Assembly (NCBI RefSeq): GCF_001457595.1 | Contig: NZ_LN831039.1 | Location: 660,001 to 692,000, forward strand | Source of the DNA: Mycolicibacterium smegmatis | Lineage (GTDB): Bacteria > Actinomycetota > Actinomycetes > Mycobacteriales > Mycobacteriaceae | Direction: 5' to 3' | Length of the DNA stretch: 32,000 bases | Part shown: positions 16,107 to 22,833 of the stretch, piece by piece | Layout: every line of letters begins with the position of its first letter | How positions within the stretch are numbered: the first letter of the stretch is position 1 | Program-made: the position numbers and the translations under genes | Notes under the pieces: model-generated | What the model saw: the letters and a program-made list of their open reading frames with translations, nothing else | Databases searched by the model: none | Told to the model about the DNA's origin: nothing

Positions 16107-17333
16107 ATGACATCCATCACACCGCCGCACGAGAGCCGTTCCAGCACAGGACTTCCAGCGATGCCAGATCAGACGGAGCTCTTGCCGTTCTATCACCCGG
16201 AGCTCCTGGACAAGCCGTATCCACACTTCCGTCGGCTCCGCGATGAATTTCCAGTTCTCAGGCTGGATGACGGCACGTACGTACTCTCGCGGTACGAAGA
16301 CGTCTCCGCGGCTTTGCGCCACACGGTGAGCTCGGTGCAGCAGGTCGATTTCGGTGCTTTCGATATCCTCCACTCCTCCCTTGTCGGTATGGACGCGCCT
16401 GCTCACACCTTTCACCGACGACTTGTGAACAGCCACTTCACCCCCAAGTCGATACGCAACTGGATGGCCACCACCGCATCCGTGGTCCACCAGGCACTTT
16501 CGGCGTCGAAGCCTTCCGGTCAGGTCGAGGCTGTACGTGAATTATGTGTCGTCCCAACGTATGCAACGACGTGCGCCATCCTGGGTATCCCTGCTGAGCA
16601 TGCAGATGAAGTTCGTTACTACACGTATCAGTTTGCTCGTGGCTTCGGCCTTGTTGCCAGCGAAGACGACCTTCGGGCCGGCGCCGAGGGCAGTGAGTGG
16701 CTGACAAACCACTGCGACGAGGTGATCGAGCGAGCGCACCGAGAGGCCCGAGCGGGCGTTGTCGCCACCTATCTCGCGGTCGAGGAGCGTGGTGAGATAA
16801 CCCGGCGGGAAGTTACGGCGAACGTACTGCTCTTCTTGGCAGCCGGTCAGTTCTCGCCCGCCAACCTCGCTGCGCACGGATTGGAGCGCATGGCCTCGGA
16901 CCCCGAGCTTTTCGCCGCTTTTCGTGACGATGCCGCAGTCCGTCCCAAGGTCGTGAACGAACTGCTCCGGTTTGTCACGCCGGAGGTTGGGGTGACGCGT
17001 CTGTTGCTTGAGGATCTCGACGCGTCCGGCACTGTCATCCCGGCCGGCACGACGGTATACGTGTTGCTCGCATCTGCCAATCGCGACGAGCGTGTGTTCC
17101 CAGACCCGGACCGGTTCGATTATCACCGCTCGGTTCAGGGCAGTCCGCATCTCGCCTTTGCCGCTGGACTGCACGCGTGTATGGGGCAAGTCCTGGCACG
17201 GCAGGAAACCGAGGCCATCCTGACGGCGGTGGTCGACCGCTGCGCGCGGATCGAACTCATCGGCAAGCCCGAGTACAACAGCATTCAACATGCACGGCAA
17301 TGGAGAACCATGGATCTTCAACTGACCTTCTGA
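16107..17333 (+). CDS. cytochrome P450
   Basis: Has ExxR (ELLRF) and the heme-thiolate loop FAAGLHACMG (17157-17186). The I-helix reads AAGQFS (16839-16856). ATG at 16107, or alternatively at 16161. The track ORF starts at 15936. Confidence 0.9.
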   Translation: MTSITPPHESRSSTGLPAMPDQTELLPFYHPELLDKPYPHFRRLRDEFPVLRLDDGTYVLSRYEDVSAALRHTVSSVQQVDFGAFDILHSSLVGMDAPAHTFHRRLVNSHFTPKSIRNWMATTASVVHQALSASKPSGQVEAVRELCVVPTYATTCAILGIPAEHADEVRYYTYQFARGFGLVASEDDLRAGAEGSEWLTNHCDEVIERAHREARAGVVATYLAVEERGEITRREVTANVLLFLAAGQFSPANLAAHGLERMASDPELFAAFRDDAAVRPKVVNELLRFVTPEVGVTRLLLEDLDASGTVIPAGTTVYVLLASANRDERVFPDPDRFDYHRSVQGSPHLAFAAGLHACMGQVLARQETEAILTAVVDRCARIELIGKPEYNSIQHARQWRTMDLQLTF

Positions 17334-17357
17334 CCGGGCGTTCGTCGGCCATACGCA

Positions 17358-18602
17358 TCAATCGCCACTGTTGTTCATCACGACCGGTTCGCGCTCCTTG
17401 ATGAACACTGGCGAAATGGCGCACAGGAAAAGAGTCGCGACGGTAACCGCGACGAACCCGCCGGTGAAGCTGCCCGTGGCGTCTTTGACAAGTCCCACGA
17501 TGTATGGGTACGCAAAACCACTGACGATCCAGGGGACGCCGAGTACAACGCCGTTCACCACACCTGAATGTTCTGCGCGAACCGACTCGACTGCCTCTGC
17601 CAGAATCAGTGGTTCGCCCGCGTACACACCAAGCCCGAGTATCGGAATGCAGAGTGCGACCAGGAGGTAGTTGTCCACCGCAATGGACAGTGTCATGACA
17701 GCGACTGCGGCTACCGTCACGATCCCACCCAGCAAGATGACACGCTTTTTGCTGCCGAGACGCTCCGCGACGATCGGGCCACCGAATGCAGCGGCCATGC
17801 CGGCGATCGAGAAAAGAGCGGTGACAAGGCCTGCCACGGCCTCCGTGAAACCAGCATTCTCGACAAGGACGGCCGGCATCCAACTCGCGATTGCGGAAAA
17901 CAGGCCGACGCCGCCGATCCAGAAGATCGTTGCTGACAATACATTTCGGTTGAGTAGGGACCGAACGGGTGACTGCTCCGGTCGCATCGTTTGCAGACCC
18001 GGATTGCCGGCCCCAACTCGGACCAGGTCCTCTTGAACTGGCGGTGCATTCTTGGAGACGAAGAGAACGAGGAGAAGCACGGCGGCCAGACACAAGGCCT
18101 GCACGTTCAAACCCATCCGCCAGCCGAAGGCGCTCAAAATCGCGGAGAAAGCGAAGAGACCCAAGACTGCGCCTACTCCGTCCCCTGACATCATGATGCC
18201 GACAGCGCGTCCGACCTGTTTGCTTTCTCGGAACCAGCCCACCGCCATGGTGTAGGTAGCAACCCATAGGAATCCCACCGCGATTCCGGCGAGAATCCTG
18301 GCGACTGTGACCATCGCGAACCCATCCGAGAAGGCGAAGACCACCTGCGCGATAACGCCGGCGGCCAAACCTGAGGCGATCACGTTTTTGCTGCCCCAGC
18401 GAGTGGCGATGACACCACCGAGAAGAATCATCACTCCGGCGACAAGACCGGTGACAGAAGAGATGCCTCCGGCTTGCGAGTAACTCAAACCGAGGTCCTC
18501 GCTGATGGCGCCCAAGCTGGGGCTCCATCCGACATACGGCAGGAACCCGGCCACGAGCGCCAGATATGCGGCGGACAAGTTAACCCACCTGTTGTTCGAC
18601 AT
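17358..18602 (-). CDS. MFS transporter
   Basis: 414 aa with about 12 hydrophobic helices. GGAGGA lies 6 nt upstream of the ATG at 18602. Convergent with the P450 gene. Confidence 0.9.
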   Translation of the reverse strand: MSNNRWVNLSAAYLALVAGFLPYVGWSPSLGAISEDLGLSYSQAGGISSVTGLVAGVMILLGGVIATRWGSKNVIASGLAAGVIAQVVFAFSDGFAMVTVARILAGIAVGFLWVATYTMAVGWFRESKQVGRAVGIMMSGDGVGAVLGLFAFSAILSAFGWRMGLNVQALCLAAVLLLVLFVSKNAPPVQEDLVRVGAGNPGLQTMRPEQSPVRSLLNRNVLSATIFWIGGVGLFSAIASWMPAVLVENAGFTEAVAGLVTALFSIAGMAAAFGGPIVAERLGSKKRVILLGGIVTVAAVAVMTLSIAVDNYLLVALCIPILGLGVYAGEPLILAEAVESVRAEHSGVVNGVVLGVPWIVSGFAYPYIVGLVKDATGSFTGGFVAVTVATLFLCAISPVFIKEREPVVMNNSGD

Positions 18603-18932
18603 ACCAATCCTCCGCGCCTCGGTCCAAAGTTTTCTGCGCGGTGGCCACCTCGGTTACATCTCAACCTACGCGCACCGGCTATTCGGTTAAAGGTTGCTAT
18701 GCCAAGGCGTCACCTTTCCATCAGCGGACTGTCAGAGACATTCGCGTGAGGCCGAGACACGTCGTCAAGTCTCTGCGCAGCATGGACAGCAAGCAGCCGC
18801 GCCTCAAGTGCCTTGTGTCACGGCGCGCAGCGCATGCACCACTACTGTCAGGGGATTTAGCTGCGGCCGCTCGTCGATAGACACATTGGCAACTGTTCCG
18901 GAATTTGTTAATGTGTTTGAGTCCAGTGGGTG

Positions 18933-19946
18933 TTAAGCGGCTTCCGTTTCGGTCTCCTGTTCGGCCGGTTTGGGTGGGTTGATCGCCGCGGATTCAGGTA
19001 GGTCGATGACCTTGGGTGCGGTGTCGCGGCCGAATCGGCGTGGGTGGCGCGCCCTGGCGTCGGCGAGCACGGCTCGGCGCTGGGTGTCTTTCCCGCCGGC
19101 GAGGCCGTAGAACACATCGGCGGGTGTGTGCAGCCCGATGCCGCTGTGGCGGTGTTCATGGTTGTACCACTGCACGAATCGGTCCATGAAATCCCTCGCG
19201 TGATGGATGGATTCGAAGCGTTCCGGGAACGCCGGCGCATACTTCAAGGTCTTGAACCAGGACTCGCTGAAGGGGTTGTCGTTGGATACCTTGGGCCGCG
19301 AATGCGAGCGGATGACGCCCAGATCCGAGAGCAGTCCGGCGACGGTGTTGCTGGTCATCGAGGTGCCCCGATCAGCGTGCACGACGTGTGGGATGCCGTA
19401 GGTGCCGAAGATCTGTTCCATCATCTCCTTGGCCAGCTGGCCGCATTCGCGGGCGTGCACATGGACCCCGACGATGTAACGCGAGTAAATGTCGATCATC
19501 ACGTAGGCGTCGTAGTAGACCCCTTTGACCGGGCCGGCCAGTTTGGTGATGTCCCACGAATACACCTGCCGCGGCGCGGTGGCCACCAGTTCCGGGCAGA
19601 CCGCTTTGCGGTGCCGGGCCAGCCGACGGCGCTCCTTGACCAGCTTGTTGGCATTGAGGACGCGGTACATCGTCGACACCGAACACAGGTAGCTGCCTTC
19701 ATCGAGCAACGTGGCCCACACCTGCATCGGCGCGGCATCGACGAACCGGGCACTGTTGAGCACCTCAACCACCCGGGCGCATTCGGACTCGGTGAGCTTG
19801 TTGACCGGGACCGGTCGTGGTGCCCGATCGGCAGGCGCCGGCGCGGGTTTGGCGCGTCGAGTGGCCGTCGAGCGGTGCATGCCGGTCACCTCCGCGGCCT
19901 TGCGGGTCGGAATCTGGATATCCCGCAGATCGTTGTAGGCATCCAT
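18933..19946 (-). CDS. ISx OrfB, rve-domain DDE transposase (intact)
   Basis: 337 aa. Has YSWDITKL, HADRGTSM and NPFSESWF, with 35-36 residues between the second D and the E. Confidence 0.9.
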   Translation of the reverse strand: MDAYNDLRDIQIPTRKAAEVTGMHRSTATRRAKPAPAPADRAPRPVPVNKLTESECARVVEVLNSARFVDAAPMQVWATLLDEGSYLCSVSTMYRVLNANKLVKERRRLARHRKAVCPELVATAPRQVYSWDITKLAGPVKGVYYDAYVMIDIYSRYIVGVHVHARECGQLAKEMMEQIFGTYGIPHVVHADRGTSMTSNTVAGLLSDLGVIRSHSRPKVSNDNPFSESWFKTLKYAPAFPERFESIHHARDFMDRFVQWYNHEHRHSGIGLHTPADVFYGLAGGKDTQRRAVLADARARHPRRFGRDTAPKVIDLPESAAINPPKPAEQETETEAA

Positions 19947-20374
19947 CAGCGCTTGGTCGGCGGCGTGTCGGTGTCCGCGCTCTCGGAGAGAGACTCCAAG
20001 AGCGCGTGTGCTTTTCCCATGATCCCCAGGGCAGCCTCGGTGGTCGCCAGCCGATTATTGGCCTGGGCGAGTTCCTTTTTCAGGCGGGCGATCTCGGCCT
20101 GCTCGCGGGTGAGTTTACCGACCTTCTCCCCAGGTGCCTTGCCTTCCAACACCCCAGCATCGCGTTGTTTGCGCCACTCGGCGATCTGCGAGGAATACAA
20201 CCCCTCACCGCGCAGGTACGCCCCACCATCGTTGGTCGTACAGGCCTGCTCATAGGCATCCAGGTGGGCCAGCTTCTGCGCCGGAGAAATCGAGCGCCGC
20301 CGGCGCGGGCCATCAGATCGCGGTGAAGGTGCCACCGCTCCAGTCTCGCGCACAGCAGCCATCGTCGTCGTCAT
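19946..20374 (-). CDS. ISx OrfA (intact), copy 2
   Basis: Identical 142-aa product to copy 1. The GGGAAAA heptamer is at 20012-20018 (minus strand). Confidence 0.9.
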   Translation of the reverse strand: MTTTMAAVRETGAVAPSPRSDGPRRRRSISPAQKLAHLDAYEQACTTNDGGAYLRGEGLYSSQIAEWRKQRDAGVLEGKAPGEKVGKLTREQAEIARLKKELAQANNRLATTEAALGIMGKAHALLESLSESADTDTPPTKR

Positions 20375-20406
20375 GGTTCAGGTGATTCCGTTCTCGCCCC
20401 GAGATC

Positions 20407-20438
20407 AAGCCAAGTTGCCAAGTTGCTAAGTTGCTAAG
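20407..20438 (-). repeat. octamer tandem array in the ISx-2 left-end region (4 units)
   Basis: On the minus strand: CTTAGCAA CTTAGCAA CTTGGCAA CTTGGCTT. That is one more CTTAGCAA unit than copy 1. The outermost CTTAG is the IS1380-B target. Confidence 0.8.
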
Positions 20439-22096
20439 CCTCGATCCACCGATGAATTGGCTGGTCGCAGGGTGTCGTGACGAGGAAAGTGCCTTCTGAG
20501 CTGTGATGATGAGTGTTCTCTAGGCACTTATCGGCACAACTTCGAAAGGCACTTCCGGTGAAAGTGTCCCATAGGTTCGCCGTGTCGTCGGCGGTCTTCG
20601 ATGATGCCCATCTCGTGTCGTGCGCCGGGCTGGTGCCGGTGATGACGTTGGCGGCCCAGACCGGACTACCGAAGTTGTTGGCCGACAAGATTTCCATTCC
20701 GGCACCGAAGATCAAATCCGGCTCGGCGAATCCGTCCCCGAAGCTGACCACGGTGATCGCCGGCATGTGTGTCGGCGCGGACAGCATCGATGACCTCGAC
20801 TTGGTTCGCGCCGGTGGCATGAAGACACTCTTTGGCGGTGTGTATGCACCGTCAACTGTTGGTACTTTGTTGCGGGAGTTCACCTTCGGACACGCCCGGC
20901 AGTTGGAGTCGGTCCTGCGTCATCATCTGGCCGCACTCTGTGCGCGGGTGGACCTGCTGCCCGGATCCGACACGGGGGCGTTCATCGACATCGACTCACT
21001 GCTGCGCCCGGTCTATGGCCACGCCAAACAGGGTGCCTCCTACGGGCATACCAAGATCGCTGGTAAGCAGGTTCTGCGTAAAGGGCTCTCCCCGTTGGCG
21101 ACGACGATCAGCACCCCCGGAGCGGCGCCGGTGATCGCCGGGATGCGGCTGCGCGCCGGTAAGACCAGTTCCGGGAAGGGTGCGGGCCGCATGGTCGCCC
21201 AAGCCATCGCCACCGCCCGCGCCGCCGGCGTGCGCGGGCAACTGCTGGTGCGTGGCGATTCGTCCTACGGCACCCGGTCGGTGGTGGGCGCCTGCCGAGC
21301 CCACAATGCGCACTTCTCGGTGGTGATGACCCGCAATACCGCGGTTGATCGGGCCATCAGTTCGATCGACGAGCAGGCCTGGGAGCCGGTCAACTATCCC
21401 GGTGCAGTGCGTGATCCCGACACCGGTGACTGGATTTCTGATGCCGAGGTCGCCGAGGTCAGCTACACCGCCTTCGCCTCTACCAAAGATCGGTTCACCG
21501 CGCGGTTGGTGGTGCGGCGAGTCAAAGACGCGAGATTTCGGGACGCGCTGTTCCCGGTGTGGCGGTATCACCCGTTCTTCACCAACACAGACTTGCCGAC
21601 CGCCGAGGCTGACATCACCCACCGCCAGCACGCGATCATCGAAACCGTCTTCGCCGATCTGATCGACGGACCCCTGGCCCACATGCCCTCAGGACAGTTC
21701 GGTGCCAACAGTGCGTGGGTGTTGTGCGCGGCGATCGCGCACAACCTGCTGCGCGCCGCCGGCGTGCTCGCAGGAGGTGCCCACGTGGTTGCCCGCGGCG
21801 CGACGCTGCGCCGCAAGATCGTCAACATTCCCGCCCGTCTGGCCCGACCCCAGCGTCGACCGATCCTGCACCTCCCCGAGCACTGGCCCTGGACAGAGCA
21901 CTGGCTCACGTTGTGGCGCAACACCATCGGATACAGCCCACCGCTACCGGCAACAACCTGACCAACGCGCCGAACAGGCCCAACCGGAGCACACAGGAAA
22001 AGCTGGGCAGACCAGCAACTACCGCATGCCCGCAACACCGAACGCAGCAGAAACCACACACGGACACCTCAAGGAGGGCCGCTCCACGGATTCAGG
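20439..22096 (+). mobile_element. IS1380-family insertion sequence, copy B (1658 bp)
   Basis: Termini are CCTCGATCC...GGATTCAGG. A perfect 5-bp target duplication CTAAG lies at 20434-20438 and 22097-22101. Confidence 0.9.
20513..21961 (+). CDS. IS1380-family DDE transposase (copy B)
   Basis: 482-aa ORF collinear with copy A but clearly diverged, with many substitutions throughout. The likely start is the GTG at 20558. Confidence 0.9.
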   Translation: MFSRHLSAQLRKALPVKVSHRFAVSSAVFDDAHLVSCAGLVPVMTLAAQTGLPKLLADKISIPAPKIKSGSANPSPKLTTVIAGMCVGADSIDDLDLVRAGGMKTLFGGVYAPSTVGTLLREFTFGHARQLESVLRHHLAALCARVDLLPGSDTGAFIDIDSLLRPVYGHAKQGASYGHTKIAGKQVLRKGLSPLATTISTPGAAPVIAGMRLRAGKTSSGKGAGRMVAQAIATARAAGVRGQLLVRGDSSYGTRSVVGACRAHNAHFSVVMTRNTAVDRAISSIDEQAWEPVNYPGAVRDPDTGDWISDAEVAEVSYTAFASTKDRFTARLVVRRVKDARFRDALFPVWRYHPFFTNTDLPTAEADITHRQHAIIETVFADLIDGPLAHMPSGQFGANSAWVLCAAIAHNLLRAAGVLAGGAHVVARGATLRRKIVNIPARLARPQRRPILHLPEHWPWTEHWLTLWRNTIGYSPPLPATT

Positions 22097-22101
22097 CTAA
22101 G

Positions 22102-22135
22102 TACCAGTGGACTCAACTCACCCTGACACCCAGGG
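22102..22135 (-). mobile_element. outer left tip of ISx copy 2 (34 bp), separated from its body by IS1380-B
   Basis: The minus strand reads CCCTGGG TGTCAGGGTGAGTTGAGTCCACTGGTA. The 27-nt part aligns with the ISx right-end IR TGTCAAGGTG-TTTGAGTCCAGTGGGTG. Confidence 0.75.
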
Positions 22136-22320
22136 GCACGACACGAGATGGGCATCATCGAAGACCGCCGACGACGCAGCGAACCTATGGGACACTTTCA
22201 CCGGAAGTGCCTTTCGAAGTTGTGCCGATAAGTGCCTAGAGAACACTCATCATCACAGCTCAGAAGGCACTTTCCTCGTCACGACACCCTGCGACCAGCC
22301 AATTCATCGGTGGATCGAGG
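22136..22320 (-). mobile_element. 185-nt 5' fragment of an IS1380-family element (A-type sequence)
   Basis: The reverse complement is identical to nt 1-185 of copy A, including the A-specific GCTGCG at nt 141-146. The internal break abuts the ISx-2 terminus directly. Confidence 0.85.
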
Positions 22321-22325
22321 CTAAG

Positions 22326-22359
22326 TACCAGTGGACTCAACTCACCCTGACACCCAGGG
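22326..22359 (-). mobile_element. second copy of the ISx outer left tip (34 bp), inferred to be the detached tip of ISx copy 1
   Basis: Same 34 nt as 22102-22135. Flanked by CTAAG (22321-22325) on the IS1380-fragment side and by CCTG (22360-22363) on the outside. Confidence 0.7.
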
Positions 22360-22833
22360 CCTGCGCTCGCGCGGTATCACCGCAGCGGGCGCATTCGTAT
22401 GTGCCTCGGTCGGGCAGTCTGGTGTACCGGTCGCCGTATGAGTCGGAGGTGGCGGCATGTGTTACGGACGGAGCGAGCGGGGTGGGCGTGCTCTGAATCC
22501 TGCCGCCGCTATCGGGCCCGTAGATCCTGCCGGGGCAACCATCTTATGTCGGGGACCAGGCACTTTACGGAGTGTCGGTGGGGGTGGCTGAGCACTTGAC
22601 ACTTCGCGTGTGTGCCGGCGGAAGGATATCTAGCAATCTTTGTCAACACGGCGGTATTACCCTGTTCGCCTCGGCTCGCGGAGCCGAGCTGGCAGAACGC
22701 CCAGCCCGGCAAAACTGACGCCGAAAGTATCGAGATCGACGCGTTCACCCGCAGAAACCTGCCAGATGGGCAGGATAGAGCCAGGGACACAGCACGCGTC
22801 GGGCCGGCACTACGCGAATAGATTCAGAGGAAG

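Larger units (their letters stand above)
18899..20433 (-). mobile_element. ISx copy 2 body (intact orfA and orfB); its outer 34-bp left tip lies beyond IS1380-B at 22102-22135
   Basis: The right-end IR is at 18906-18932 (TGTTAATGTG..., two substitutions relative to copy 1), plus the shared 7 nt CGGAATT at 18899-18905. The reconstructed length is about 1574 bp. Confidence 0.85.

Noticed and set aside
17257-18528. 423-aa minus-strand ORF overlapping the MFS gene in another frame
   Set aside because: Extremely Arg-rich with low complexity. The co-located frame at 17358-18602 encodes a convincing 12-helix MFS protein with a good RBS.
19044-20255. 403-aa plus-strand ORF across ISx-2, and its partial twin at 14450-15139 on the minus strand
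   Set aside because: It lies antisense to ISx orfA/orfB. Its presence in both copies only reflects the near-identity of the copies. No motifs and shadow-ORF composition.
11032-22135. Composite transposon: two inverted ISx copies flanking the SnoaL/P450/MFS cargo
   Set aside because: The flank analysis argues against it. ISx-1, once reunited with its tip at 22326-22359, has its own CAGG/CCTG duplication, with cargo DNA on one side and the amine-cluster DNA on the other. ISx-2 has no duplication. One ISx copy is dead, and in both copies the outer (left) IR is separated from the rest of the element by an IS1380 insertion. The inverted arrangement is better explained by independent insertion followed by inversion.
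22364-22470. Possible zinc-ribbon or MsrB-like remnant on the minus strand (…GTYECARCGDT…) cut by the ISx tip
   Set aside because: It rests on a single CxxC motif, with no start codon and an in-frame stop just upstream. The evidence is too weak to call a pseudogene.
22107-22496. 129-aa plus-strand ORF
   Set aside because: It is a chimera that reads through the ISx tip, the inverted IS1380 stub and a second tip. It is an artefact of the junctions.
22670-22688. 8-bp GC hairpin CTCGGCTC-GCG-GAGCCGAG upstream of the amine dehydrogenase
   Set aside because: It is real in the sequence, but short, has a 3-nt loop, and has no associated gene end or recognisable operator context. Not interpretable.
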